Both the position numbers and the translations under genes were made by a program. A stretch of 64,000 bases of DNA from Patellaria atrata CBS 101060 (Eukaryota), in the NCBI GenBank assembly GCA_010093705.1, contig MU006093.1, positions 1,013,301-1,077,300 of the forward strand, given 5' to 3'. The notes under the pieces were generated by a model. The model was not told where the DNA came from. It did no database searches and saw only the letters and a list, made by a program, of their open reading frames with translations. Shown here in pieces: positions 27,152 to 40,251 of the stretch (positions are counted from its first letter, which is position 1; each line of letters opens with the position of its first letter).

Positions 27152-28945
27152 TTAAAGGCCTGCTGCCAGAGTAGCCTTGCAAATCGTAGTCATTTCGCCC
27201 TTATAAGCACTTCTTCCCACATCGTCCAACGCCTTAATCTCTCCACCAGTCCAACCCTTCAAGCCCTGGTTTGCAAACAAGCGCTTCACTTCGTCGGCAA
27301 TCGCGTTCGACACCTGCACCCATGTCCTGGCAACCGGATTCTCAATGCCAGCGCCATATCCCCTTGTACCCATTACCATGGCTTGACACATGTTTTGCTC
27401 CAGTCCCCTACGCGTGGCTTCATTCTTCAGCCATCCATTCGCAGGATCGATGGCATACAAGTCCCATACCCGCAACAGCTCCTCCCTAATCTTGGATTCG
27501 CCCTCAGGGTCGAACTTGGCTGGAAGCAAGACGTTCAGGCTCGACTCCGCCGCAATCCTAGCCTCTATATGTCCGCTTATGAACCGCATCTCCACTGGTA
27601 CGGCGCGCAGGGATTCGAGGTTGTGGCTTCCGAAGGCAGAGGCCAGATGGGCAAACGCGGCGGTTGTTGTCTGAAAACGGAGGGGACACTCCAACAATGC
27701 GGAAAGGGCCTTGAGATGTGATTTTGCGTACGCCAGAGAGCATGTCTTCGCGCTGTAACTCAAAGGGTCTTTGACACCCTTCGCCCACACCGTGGTACCG
27801 ACGTTCTTAAGTAGTGCCTTTGCGATATTGAGGCATTCCTTTGGTGACTTCGCACCACGGATGGCCGCCAAAAGCTGTACTATGGACTTGACGACGTAGT
27901 CCATAGCGTCTCCGATAACAGGTTTGGTGATATCGGTTGCAAGAAGAACGGACCAAAACCGTTTACAGCTCGGAAGTGCCACAGGGTCTCGGAGGTTGAC
28001 GCCCAAGGTTGTTTCATCTGCGACAAGGACTGGTACTTTGGCCTTCTTAGCAATATCGAGGAAAAGTAAAGCCGTTGTACTGAAAGAAAATGCGCCGGTC
28101 GGTTGAATGGCTTTATCGGTGATGCGTAGAGCGCATGTCAGATGCGCTGCCTTTAGGTTCCTCACAAAGAAGGAGCAATGCTCCATAGCCGCAAGGAGAC
28201 TGAGTAAACAGTTGTTCCCGTGATAGACGATCCCGGTCTTCGCGTCGGTCAAAGTGTGAAGGAGAGTATTGAGATCCTTAACACAATTTCTGACGGAGAG
28301 CTCGTACTTCTTAATACCAGAGTCCGTTCCTCTGGAGCTAGAGAGCGACGTCGTTCCCCTTAGGACCGCACAAGTTCCCCCATTTCCCTCCCAAGTCGTC
28401 ATACTATTGCTATTCCCCGATGTCTTGGTTACCACCTTGCTGTTCCTCTTGTGGAACGTCTGTACTCCCGAAAGGACTCTTTCATATGCTCCCTGGCCGT
28501 CGGCAATAAAGATAATGCTCATGTCTTCATACTTGCCAGCACCTCCATCCCGTCGCCATTTCTTTTGTGCGTTGTTCAATTCGAGGAGAACTTGTAGGAC
28601 CAAGCTTTCGTCTAACCCAGGGCCAACTGAGTAGACATGCAGATATCTACCCGCTGCTATGGTCTCTAGATGGGTGGATCCATGCTTTTTGAACGAGTCT
28701 GCGTATTTGTGGGGCATTTTGTCCACCAAGGATTTCAGGTCTTTCAAATTCGAGCAGTAATCACTCTTAGATGTACCCATTGCATCGACGTCCGCACGTT
28801 GGGGTTCGTTTTGATATTGTTCTGAGCTTGGGTGTTGTCCTTCACCGATACTGAAAGCTCGAGTTAATTCAGTAGGTGTAAAACTTCTACCGAGGGGGGG
28901 TCGCGAAGTTGTTTTGTTCGGGGTGTTCGGTGGAAGGCGCGGCAT
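27152..28945 (-). CDS. Hypothetical intronless protein (~597 aa from the ATG at 28945)
   Basis: A long uninterrupted ORF with a disordered N-terminus followed by alpha/beta-like globular composition. No family was recognised with confidence. Confidence 0.75.
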   Translation of the reverse strand: MPRLPPNTPNKTTSRPPLGRSFTPTELTRAFSIGEGQHPSSEQYQNEPQRADVDAMGTSKSDYCSNLKDLKSLVDKMPHKYADSFKKHGSTHLETIAAGRYLHVYSVGPGLDESLVLQVLLELNNAQKKWRRDGGAGKYEDMSIIFIADGQGAYERVLSGVQTFHKRNSKVVTKTSGNSNSMTTWEGNGGTCAVLRGTTSLSSSRGTDSGIKKYELSVRNCVKDLNTLLHTLTDAKTGIVYHGNNCLLSLLAAMEHCSFFVRNLKAAHLTCALRITDKAIQPTGAFSFSTTALLFLDIAKKAKVPVLVADETTLGVNLRDPVALPSCKRFWSVLLATDITKPVIGDAMDYVVKSIVQLLAAIRGAKSPKECLNIAKALLKNVGTTVWAKGVKDPLSYSAKTCSLAYAKSHLKALSALLECPLRFQTTTAAFAHLASAFGSHNLESLRAVPVEMRFISGHIEARIAAESSLNVLLPAKFDPEGESKIREELLRVWDLYAIDPANGWLKNEATRRGLEQNMCQAMVMGTRGYGAGIENPVARTWVQVSNAIADEVKRLFANQGLKGWTGGEIKALDDVGRSAYKGEMTTICKATLAAGL

Positions 28946-29662
28946 ATCGATGGCGTGTGTTGTACTTGGACCCGACTTTAGGTCAGGTGGATAGTTGTGA
29001 ATGGAAATTGAATCTAAGTGACACTCGCCCAGACACAAGTGTACTTGTAGCAGTGACTGGATAAAGAACGTCGAAAATAATCTCTCCGTCTCGATTGAAT
29101 TTTGCCTTTGTCTTTACAAAGTGACTTCGGCGACAATAGCGGACTAAGAAATGACACGCTTTCTGCCTTGCTGGAAGGTTACGCGAATGACGATATCAAA
29201 TCTGGCCTGAAAGATGCGTAAGGTAGATTCAATAAAAGATGCTTGTAGTAGAGTATATGTAAACAAGTCTCCGTAGTCCTTAAGATGAAAGGCAGTTTGA
29301 GTGAAGTGAATTGAGAAGGGCTTAGGTTCTGTGCTATCTAAGACGAACAAGTAATTGAGTGTCGGGTGTGTCATGCTTTCATCACACCGACTACTCCATA
29401 CTGTCGACGCCAAACGGACCATGTGATAGAAATCCATTCCTGTCATGTCTTGTACTTGGTAAATGAACCGAAGTAAAAGAAATGCTGAACATAGTACTAT
29501 TGGCGCTGGACGAAAGTCTAGGTTCATGTAGAATGTAACAATGTCACTCACTTCTGGTATTCAAATTAACCTGAACAAAATCTTAAAGCAATGTCTCCGT
29601 CCAGTATAACCAGTACAACGCCTGTACCGAAGTCTTCAAATTCAGCAAGGACGGATTATAGA

Positions 29663-32362
29663 TCACTGCACCACCCTTCCACCATGTTGCTGGATATCTT
29701 TTTTGTCAAGCTTCTCCACCTCGCGGCTAAGTAGACCTCTAAGTTCTGGGCTTATCACCTTCTCTTTTGCAGCCGCATTGAGACCCGTCTGTTTACCCGC
29801 ATCACTCAAGGATGTAGCAGCACTCGTCTTTCCCGGAGAAGTGGAGCTCTCGTCAGCAGCAACAGACTTTCGTTGTCGTACAGCGGGAGCCGGGAAATTG
29901 TGTTTCTTATCAACGGCTTCGACAGTTCTTTGAAAGCGTCGGAAAAGGGCTTCAGCTCGAACCAAGGTACTTTGAAGATCAATAGTGTTGGATAATTCGT
30001 TGACTACGAGTGTTAGTGAAAAAAATCAATAGTCGCATGCAAGAATCCCTTACCGTATTTGAGAACCTCGTCGAAATGCTGAAGATGACTCATAATAACA
30101 TCCCTATGTCTCTCTAAGATAGCTAATGCAATGAATAGGTGGTAGTTACTGCTTAGATAATCCGTCCACAGACCTTCCCAGAGTCTTAAGACATCATACC
30201 ACTCGAATTCCCGTTTATACCAAACGAGCAACATGCGGAAGAAAAAGAAGAAATTTGTAGAATCCGCCTTTTGGAGATGCAGGTATAAGTTTGGATCCAT
30301 GAATTGCACGAGGTGATCGAGGGTAAGCAATTGCTTCCTCATTCCGGACTGGTCGCGTAGGAAATTCCTCTCCTGAAAGGCGTGAACATGAGCAATTTCT
30401 CCTTAATAGAATATCAGCCTTACCATTCGATCCATGAAACCCACAAAGGTCCAAAAAGCAATAGCATCATCCTGCATTACCGCATAGATTGGAGCTAGCA
30501 GATCACTCATGCCTTGCACATATCCTAGATCCTTGTTGTACTCATTATATGTCAAGAGAATGTCCTTCATCTGTTCCATGTGAACATTAGTTCCAGCTTC
30601 CGCAAACGGCGAATCTGGGTCTGGATGGGGAATATCCTCCCCTGTAAAAAGAGGAATATTCCTGTCAGTGCGGTGCACATCTTTTTCTACATGGCGGGTC
30701 CCATAGAATGGGATTTATCAGTCATTTCTGCCATGTAAGTAGCTATACAGTGTGAACACATACCTATCCGGCTTTTCTGCTCCTTCCACCACTCGTCCTC
30801 CTTCGTTGTGCTCTCTCCAGAAGCCATACGATCCCACCAAGCGCCTTTGAGTCTGATATAGTCATCCCTCCGATTATTTAATCTTGCTTGTCTCTCGTTT
30901 TTGGTGCTAGTCCATTCGTATAAGCCTAGCAAGAAGAGCCAGGCTTCCTTTCGCACGCCGTCGTCCCGGTCCAACCCGCCATGAAAGATTCGCTCCTTCA
31001 CCTCGTCAGGGGTAACCTGCAGTTTGCCTGATGTCGGATGAAAAAATCTTTGCCATTCCTCCAAGGTTACAGGTTTTCTCCGATCACTCGATGAAATATT
31101 ACCAGCTTCAAGATCAAGGATCTCGAACTCGCCAACAGCACTATCCTCCATCTCTAGGATGTCTTTTGCGGTCCATATTCTCTGATTGCGTTCTCTTTCG
31201 CTCTGTTCTGCAATTCCCATCGCCCATCGTGCTAAGTACAATCTGGCGCTGTCGAATTCTTCCTGTAGTGTTTGCACTTCAGGATTCTTCATCAGTCTTC
31301 GCACTTGTGGCGGCATTTTTGGATTGTCAGCAACGGCCTGAGCAGTTCTCCTGGTGAACGTTGTGACCTGGCTGAGTTTTTCGAGAAAATTCCATCTTGC
31401 TTCTTTCAGCGCCTTTGTGACAGGATCCATACCGCCATCTCTCTTTTGATTAGGGCTAGAAAAGCTCTCCCCTTTCTTGTCTTCCTTTTTCCCAACATCC
31501 GATGTTATTGGTTTACCAAATCCTAGCTTATCTGCCTCGGTCGGTTCGATGAGATAAACACTTGGATCTGCTCCAGACCTTTCCACTGTTACATATCTCT
31601 TGAGCCACCTTAGTACCTCGTCTCCACCCCAAAACATTCCACCGCCATCCCCAAATGGATCAAAACTTTCTCTTGCTAACCTCTTTCTCTGTAGGATAGT
31701 CGATTGGCATTCGCTGTCATGGAAGAAGAGCGCTGGGAAGCTGTCACCAGCCCTCGTATTGATGACGACACTCCCATACCACCAGCCTATACTGGGAGGG
31801 CGAACGAGAAGAGAATATACCTCACTGACTGGAACCGCAAAAGCGTAACCGACAGTTGCACCATGGGTTGAGGTTGTAGGGGGAGGAGGGACGAGGAACG
31901 ACTGTTTAGGTGGAGAGGAAGTTTCAGAGAGATCAACTTTAACATAAGTATCATACGCGTCCCCTAATGATGTTTCTGGAAGCCAAGCTAGCAACAACGA
32001 GGATGCCGCAACACTCTTGGTAGAGGAAGAAGACGTCGGACATATGTCCTGGGAAATCGGTGATTTCTGTTGTACTAAGGCAATGAAACCGGGTATATTA
32101 TCTTTCGAAGATGGGGTTGGATGTACGTATACCTATTCACAACGAGTCAGGCCTTTGTCATCTTAACTACTATGGGACTCTGGGACATAGGAATCTCTGC
32201 AGTTGTGGAATTAAGACGATAACCGACCTTGCTCTTAGTGTAAAGAAGTTTGACACCCTTCCCTGTTCTGGTATGTCTAATCGTGTTGTATTCGCCCTCT
32301 TCATCATCACTCAAATCGTAAAAGGACGCCGTAGGCGACGGAGGGCTCTGTGGGGACCCCAT
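29663..32362 (-). CDS. GYP7: Rab GTPase-activating protein Gyp7 (TBC domain); introns 32133-32227, 30687-30763, 30373-30423, 30004-30053
   Basis: N-terminal KLLYTKSK|VYVHPT, FPALFFHD and IFHGGL. The TBC Arg finger (IEKDVHRTDR) and Gln finger (YVQGMSDL) are present, as is FFFRMLLVWYKREF. Confidence 0.96.
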
Positions 32363-32985
32363 AGGAGAGAGATCTGGGAGGCGAACTGTTTCGGTCTTGG
32401 AATGTAGAAGGTTTACGAGAAGAAATATTTTCTACAAGAAAGCCAGATGGAAGTTGTCTAAACTCACGTACTGTATGGGAGTGATAGGTAGAGGATTGAA
32501 TAAAAGGCAACCTTTGAAGTCAAAAGGCACGGGTGAGCTTTGAGGTCAACGTAAGGTTGCAGGCCCAGTGATTACCCACCGATCCGGCGGTTCAGATGAC
32601 GCTGCGGAGTGGAGGGGTCAAGGGAGTTGCTGTGGCTGAGACAATGCGATAGAAAGATCCCCGCGGCTGAGGAAAAGAATGGAAAGTCGGCTAGCTTACG
32701 GAATACTTTACATACGAAACTAAATTCAGGTAGACGCGCAATGCAATCATCAACAACCGCGTCACTGTAAAGGTCGGACAGATATAGTGAATTTTTTCCT
32801 GTTGCTGTCTAAGATACCCCGTCAAAGTATTCGTTAGTAGGTATCAAACTTCCCAACAATGACATCTCAAAGGTCAATGTGCTGCATTGTACTGTACTGT
32901 ACAATACGCTGTACAGTACAATATTCTACCGAATCGTTTCAGGGTCTTCGTGCCTGATATCAACAATTCGGCCACGGCTCAAGCT

Positions 32986-33831
32986 TCACCTGTAAGATCT
33001 AGGTCCACTAGGTAATCCGACTCTCCCTTGACCTTGTGGCCGTGGCGCTGTGTACCCACTCGAATCGTTGTCGTAAGCACCTCCTCGTCCTTCGTCACCG
33101 TACCTACTTTGAGACTGGGATCCTGAGTTGTAACCACCTCTTTCATCCGGATATGGTGCAACTCTACCTTTTGAGCTTGCATTCCCGGGTCGTGAGTAGG
33201 GACTGGCGCCTGGAGCTGGACTGGCAGAAGGACTCGTATTGTTGCTTGAAGCAGGACTATTTGACCTTCCTGATCCCCATAACCGTGCCTTCAGCCTCTC
33301 TTGTGCACTTGCACCTCCACCACTACTAGTCGGAGGTGAAGTGTCAGCTTGAGCTCGTGTAAATGAACTCTGATAACTCCCGGCTCTTTGACTGGGCAAC
33401 GGTCGACTTTGTAACTGTTGCTCTGATGCATTGTACGAATCAACAATCCCCGCACGTGGAGGTTGACCCCTAGCCATTCCTCGCCCTTGCACCCCCCTTC
33501 TTAATGACAGTGGTTGTTGTGCTGGTTGTTCTTGTGACGGTGTATCCCACAAATCGCTCAAGCCGCCTCCTCGACCACCGGGCTGCTGTTGTCCTGGTTG
33601 TCTCAGGCTTGATGTAGCGAACTGTGTAGGCGCTGGTTGCGGTGCTTTAGGATCCGGTGGAAGCCATGATGGGAACTGCCGACCTTTCTCTGTGTAGTAT
33701 GCGCGAAGCACGCGGGATATATGAGAGTCGTCCTCAGTATCCCCATCTACTTCATCCGAGAGAAGCGTTCGTCGCAAGGAATTGTAGCGTGAGGTGGTAG
33801 TAGTGAGTAAGTTTGAGAGGTAGGAGGACAT
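32986..33831 (-). CDS. MSO1: Mso1-like Sec1-binding exocytosis protein
   Basis: The N-terminal Sec1-binding motif DGDTEDDSHISRVLRAYYTEKGRQFPSWL is followed by a low-complexity S/P/G tail. Confidence 0.85.
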   Translation of the reverse strand: MSSYLSNLLTTTTSRYNSLRRTLLSDEVDGDTEDDSHISRVLRAYYTEKGRQFPSWLPPDPKAPQPAPTQFATSSLRQPGQQQPGGRGGGLSDLWDTPSQEQPAQQPLSLRRGVQGRGMARGQPPRAGIVDSYNASEQQLQSRPLPSQRAGSYQSSFTRAQADTSPPTSSGGGASAQERLKARLWGSGRSNSPASSNNTSPSASPAPGASPYSRPGNASSKGRVAPYPDERGGYNSGSQSQSRYGDEGRGGAYDNDSSGYTAPRPQGQGRVGLPSGPRSYR

Positions 33832-36516
33832 TCTGCAATCGCAATTACGGGTGAATTGGCGTCAAGAAATTACTCTGTGTTTGTTACTGTGGATAGTTGA
33901 GAGCACGGAGAGGATAGGTCTGGGGATCCGCACCTTCGAATTGTTCTAAAACAGATCTGGTCCAAGGGCCCATCACATGACAACGTGGAATCTACGTGTA
34001 CATGCGCGACGCGAGGTCTAATTATACACCGTCACCGGGAACCTTTTCCTCAGCGATATCTTCTCCTTTCCTTTTATTATTGAATACGAATAAGAGCACA
34101 ACAACAATATAACTAACAGCTGAGTGCAAATCTGAAGGATCACACATGCTCGGTCCACCAATTAGTTCTATTAGACCTTTGATCAGTTCATCTACGAGAT
34201 TCACGCTCCCATCGTCAATCTTCACCTCCAACTACTGTTAAAAGGAGCGCATAGATGATTACAAGCTCAGGCCTATTTATGAATCTGATACGAGACTACT
34301 CTAGTTCTATATTCAGCCGATCGAATAGACATTATGTCCCCACCTGTTTCCAGCGGTCCACTCGATGAAGATGGTCACGGCTATGGCGGGCCCAATCGTA
34401 AAGCTCAGTATCAAGTGCTGAGGGCTGAAGTAGAGATATATGCTGAACATACCCGAGCCGTTATTTCATGCTAAATCAGCGACAACGGCGAAATAGAACC
34501 TGAGCCAGATTCCTTCAGTAGTCTATCCTGAGATATCAGTGCATAGAGCTTCGATTAGGCAAGGTCTTATCCACATCCGACCCAGTAAAACTATTGTTAC
34601 TGCATCACTTTAGATGCGGAGACATACAATCCAGGACTTGCAATAGAAAGAAAAAGCCGGCTATAACTCCGTATACGACGAGCTTACAGTATTTTGTAAG
34701 CTTACCCGATATTCATCTTGTGTAATACCGTTCAATTTCTTTTCCTATTCTGACGAGGGGTGTGTATACCATTATGAAGACTTGGAAGGTATTATTCTTG
34801 TTTTACTCTCATATCGTTGCGAGAATTCTCTTAAAGATCACTCTAATATCGAAGCTTCTGGGATTGTTTTGCGTTGGCGAAGAGAGCTTGAGTGGTCGTT
34901 GACGTTCACTTCATCGCTTCATGACACTATCTTTGCCCCTTCCTAGAAAGAGTACTCTTCTATTGTTGTATGTTTGGTGTATAACAGGTTCCCTTAATCC
35001 GAGTCAAAAACCGATATAGTTCTACAATTCGAAAGAAGCTTTCTTAGACAATGTTGTAAAATCTCCAGAATCCTTGTTACAGGAGAAATGCATGGCTAGG
35101 GGGATGATGCCGTATGAAAGGATCCTCCCGACCATAGCGAACGGATGATAGAACAACGATATCGGTCATAGTCAGTTCCTTAATGAGAATTCGAAAGGCC
35201 ATCGATATATACATTCCATAATGCAAAAAGCCTATCCGATGATCACAACTGCTCTGCGAGAGCTGCGAATGCACCGGATCAGGACAGGTTGATACAGTTA
35301 TCAAATAACTGCGATAAAAGGTATAAGCCCACCAATCATTCTGCAAGGGGAATTACTCACTGCTGCCGATTGGTTTGATATGATTTCCCTTTGCGGTAAA
35401 AACTGACAACACAGTCATCCAGCGTAACGGGGTAGATATCGATATCAATAGGGTGTGAAGAAGATGATCTCGTCGTCTAGGGTACCTATGTCGACGATGC
35501 CAACATGTTGTTTAGTGTATTTAGCCTTGATATGAAGTGCATATAAATTAAAGTAAAGGGAGACTCTAATGTCAAAGACAACAATAGGTGGAGAGTACTG
35601 GGTTTCTCGTGATGTGCAGGGAGCCGAATCGACTAGTGGATGGAGAGTAGGCATAGGGCTCATAAGGCGGAGCTGATATAGATTTTATATGTTTATTTGA
35701 CCAATCGTCCCGGCCTTCGTCCGGCTGAGCCGGTTGTCCAGGAGATTCATGAGTCGTGAAAAGAAGCCAAAGTGTCGAGATTAGTGGTGTTGATGCGCTG
35801 GCACTCACCAAAGGGGCCCCCTGCTGCATACGAATTGGCGTGTGTTCACCTGTGAGGTGTTCCAGTTGGAGCCTTGGAGGAAATGGCAAGGCTAACCATC
35901 ATCAAACACTTCCAGAAGAGCTTCCCAAGCCCACCATACAGCTATAGTATTCTCGCGAAGCCTCGATTCGCCCTCGGCGATCTGGGAAGTTGATTGTTTT
36001 TAAGATCTTCGTCCCGCGATGCTGGATATTATGATGGCTTACTGTATGTACCTTACAGAGACCTTACGGACTTACACGTTCAGCGAGAGACGAGACTTTG
36101 AAACACAGAGCCTTTCTATCCTGTACAACCGCCGTTCCGCCAGCAACGTCGTTGGGACCGTTCTGCTCCGTCTAAATTGCCCTCGAATAGTTGCAGCTGT
36201 GCTAGTGTACTGAGACGAGCACTTGCGCCCATATCTTGTCTCGTTGCATGTGTTTTCGAACGACTGACTGTTACGCGCTACTTGTGTGAACCTCTCACGC
36301 GCAATTCGAAGTCAGCTTGAGTTTGAGAGTCATTTTGTAATAAAGTAGGTATAGTGAATGAACACCCTCTTTCGTAGCAATATTCCCCGAGTAGGGAGAC
36401 CTGGGGATCTCCCTCATTAGGAGCAAGTAAACGATCCGGTCCACAACGGCTCTATCCTTTCACCTTATACCAGGGCATATTTTAGCATTGTGGAACTTAC
36501 ATCCAAATTCTTTGAA

Positions 36517-39070
36517 ATGCCTGGAAGGCAAGGCGTCCAATTCATTGACCGTACTCTAGAGCCTGACTATGCCCGCGACATGAATAACGAACTTGCAAGA
36601 TGGGAGCGTTCGCGAAGAGATCTTGACTCGCACTGGAAGCAACCTCAAACACCACCAAATCATGTAAGCAGCTACTACTACAACCTACAAGGTCTCTACT
36701 AATTAACCGCTCTCCTCCCAGTCCAGGCACAGTTCTCGGTCGCGCACGAACCCGATTACCACACGGCCCCGCATCGAACGTAGCAAGTCATCATACGAAC
36801 GTCCAGCATCTAGCAGTAGTGGACAGAAAGCTATTCTTCCCTATCGCCATGTGAGAAGCTCGTCCTATACCCAGGCGACGCAATTAGAGGAATTTCGCAG
36901 CACCAGGAGGTGGCCACCAGCTGGATTCAACGCACAATCTGTTCTGAATACTACGGAGGCACAAGATGTCATTGGTGCCGGCGCTTCCACGTTTAAAGGA
37001 TACTGGGATCAAATTCCAAACGCTGGCCCAGAGGATGTCAGATTCTTCGCAGTGATGGACTCAGAGCACAATGCGCGGTCCGATAGGGCCATTTGCCGTC
37101 ACGAAGCGTTTGCGGAAATCTCATTAACAGTGACCGGTCCGGCAGATAATGCATTCCCTTGGGTCTCGCTGGAACAACCTTGCATGGCATATGCTTTTGG
37201 ACGGAGTCCAGGTACTACTACTCTGAATTATCGGGTGAGCAAATTTGGGACCCTGAAGCCACTTGTCCAGGTTGGAAGCAAAGTCAAACCGAGGAAAATC
37301 AAACTTCTGCTCATCATGGAGCGATTAAGTCAATTGGAACAAGGTCTTGAGGAAGATGTTGGTCATCTAGTTCTCGACTGGCAGAATGATCTCTAATTGT
37401 GACATAGGATCCTGACAAGCTTTACGAATACTTGTATACATACTTGATTAGTGATCCTGACGAAGATACAGAACCCCATTATGGCATGGAGTTGCAAATA
37501 ATCGACCTAATCACGGTGTTAAGCCATTCTGAATGGGTAGATTACAGCTCTAGAAGGAACCAAGTCCTCGCGAAATTTTTTAATAGTCCCAAAAGTGATG
37601 TACGGCATCGTTTCTATCATCAGCTTCTGCTCTCGTGCGAGCTCTACCTACGCATCCACTGTAGCGAACATGAAGAAAAGGCTAAGCGACAGATCCTGAA
37701 GTCCCTTCCCCCTAAGATCGCATGGGATCTTGCAGTAGCTCAGAGATGGTTAGAAAACATCTCGATATCCAAAAGACTCACCTCGAGCAATGAGAGCGAA
37801 TATAGTTTCAACTATGTGAGAAAGAGAGTTCAAAAGGAAGCTCTAGCCATATTCGCAGAGACTCTTAAATGGCCGAACATGGCTGAGATAGAGGACGTCT
37901 TAGAGGAGAAAGACAGTAAAAAGAAGCCACTCGAAGGCCGTTCGAATGATGCTATGTCATGGTTTACAGGTGTCATTCTACCCGGACCTACGTTACCATG
38001 GGTTCTTATGAATACGCTCATCGACTGTGACAAAGATACCGGCCCTCTGCTCAAGTATCTGACCCATATCTACCCCTCCTCCGGCTTCCAATACCGCGCG
38101 ACAACCTACTGGTCATATCGATGCATTGTAGGTAAAGTTTTAGGCGCTTCTCGCGGGGTGAATCAGGTCGCTGGCTGGATCGGACCGTGCAATTACACCC
38201 CTGATTTGAAACGTACGGAATGCGTACACATCAGGCAATCATCTCCTCCAGAGTATAATATCACGACCACGGATATTGATACTATGGGTTCAAGGTCGCA
38301 TCCACTGGGTCCAGACGCATTGGAGTATCCTGCAGAGGATTACGAACTGCTTATACCCGACACAGAAGACGTCACTGACGTCATACGCGTGGAGAAGCTC
38401 TCATTCCAGCCATCTCGAGAACAACCCGAAACTAGAATGGGCCCAGATGGACCGATGACCTTCGATGCTGCGGTCATATTTGCCTGCGGGGGAGAGAGCT
38501 GGCCAATGCGGCTCCGTTACGACGTTGATTTTATCGCCGCATACCCGTGCCACCAGGGACCGCATGGTAAGACACCCTTCTATCGTTATTTTCCTTGAAA
38601 GGAAATACAAAAGGTATTGACTAATGGATTCCATAGTTCTTTTCTACGACTACGCCTACAAGGCCATCAAAGTCGACGAGGGCCTTGTCGACATACACGA
38701 TTGGGGACCACACCCTCGCTCTCATCCCTCCACACCGCGCTCCCGCTCATATTCCCACCCGACCAGCCGACACTCCCCTGCCTCATCATCTCTTCATTCC
38801 CGCTCAAACTCACAAGCGCTGACGACCCAAGCCGGCCCACCTTCATCAACAGCATCCTCTCACATCGAGCGTGTTCTCGCAATCGAGGCGCTCGGTGTTA
38901 GCGACAACGAGGTTTTCGCCCGCGCGTGGTGCGCACATTGGGGGCTCAGCGCTGTAGTGGCAAATATCAAGGATACGTGTATGGCTTGTGCGATTAGGGA
39001 GGCATATGCCGCTTGTGTGAGTGTTGTTATTCTAACTGAGGGAGGTAGGAAGGGTGAGGGTGATGTCTAA
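36517..39070 (+). CDS. Conserved fungal hypothetical protein; introns 36664-36721, 37358-37407, 38567-38636
   Basis: Four exons join in frame. Conserved-looking blocks include WDLAVAQRWLEN, SGFQYRATTYWS, IVGKVL, GWIGPC, ARAWCAHWG and TCMACAIREAY. Confidence 0.85.
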
Positions 39071-40251
39071 GTAGGTTGGTAGACGGTGACTATGTTTCCT
39101 CTAATCGAAGAATGGCGCGTTCAGGAGTTCACATCGGCTGCATTTGAGTGGTGTCAATGTATGCGTAGGGGTTAGGTCGACGGAGTAGAAGTTACGTTTT
39201 TGTCACATTAATGATTCAATACCATTTGTCAGATAGCTTCTTAGTCGTTTCCTGTTCAAACAATCATTGCTGGAACAGTCACTTCCTTGAGGCCGTAGCT
39301 AAACCGATTTGGTGCTTAACTTCTTTGGAAATAGCACCCCAAGATGCGTAACACACGTGCAGAGTCCTGGGCGTTCAACAAAAGACAAAGCAAATGACGA
39401 CTCGCGGTCCGTTCAATTAACATCTCCCCTATATGATTCCTAACTGGGCCACTGATACCTGAAATAATAGAAGTTGGACAAAAACTCACAGAGAGAATGT
39501 CGTCAAAATCCAACCCTGAAGCCTAAGTTCAAGGGTTGTAACTTTTTACTGAATCCTCAATCATGGTGATTGAGATATCGAGTTTTGGGCCATTCCTAGC
39601 TAACGGACTGCTTGCCATAGACGTTCGACGAAAATCGCAGATGTATGCTACCTGATCAGGCCTAGTCACCATTAGTTCTACTTGTATCTCGTTAACTATT
39701 GACAAGTGACAACATCACCAGCTCCTGAGAAGATGACTAACTCTTGAGGACACCCGGTGGATGCCATGTTACCTGATTATACCGTATGATTGAGATCTTC
39801 TTCTTTCTTATGTCCTTCGATGCTGCAGTATTTCTCCGCAAAGCATCGAGAGTTTTCGTTCTACGGCCCCCAAATGCTATTTCTTGGCAACCTTCAACAA
39901 TAAGGTATTCAACAACGATCCACTAAAAATGAGAAATGGAAGTAGAAAAATGTTCAAAAGCATTACATCTTTCCATTTAGAGCGTTTCGTCTCTTGTTGG
40001 ACCACGTTAGTTATTATAGAATACAGAGGGTGTTGCACGAGTTTCTGCAACCCCTGAGCGAGTAGGTATGGGAAACTTCCTGAGGTAATGATGAAGCAAC
40101 TAAGAAGGGCAAAATATCTGACTGGTCTTATTCGCTGCCCGCAAATTCCTTTTCCCCGCCATGTCGTAGTTCTACGTACTCTGAGCCGATCGTACGTTTC
40201 TTCCATACCACAGCACTCCTTAGGACGCGCGCGTTTCGACCAGTCGCAGCG

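Noticed and set aside
29144..29551. 135-aa minus-strand ORF downstream of GYP7
   Set aside because: It has a non-ATG start and no recognisable motif, and it lies in the expected GYP7 3' UTR/promoter interval.
34022..35950. Short hydrophobic ORF fragments that might be a decayed membrane-protein gene
   Set aside because: I could not assemble a consistent exon chain or recognise any motif.
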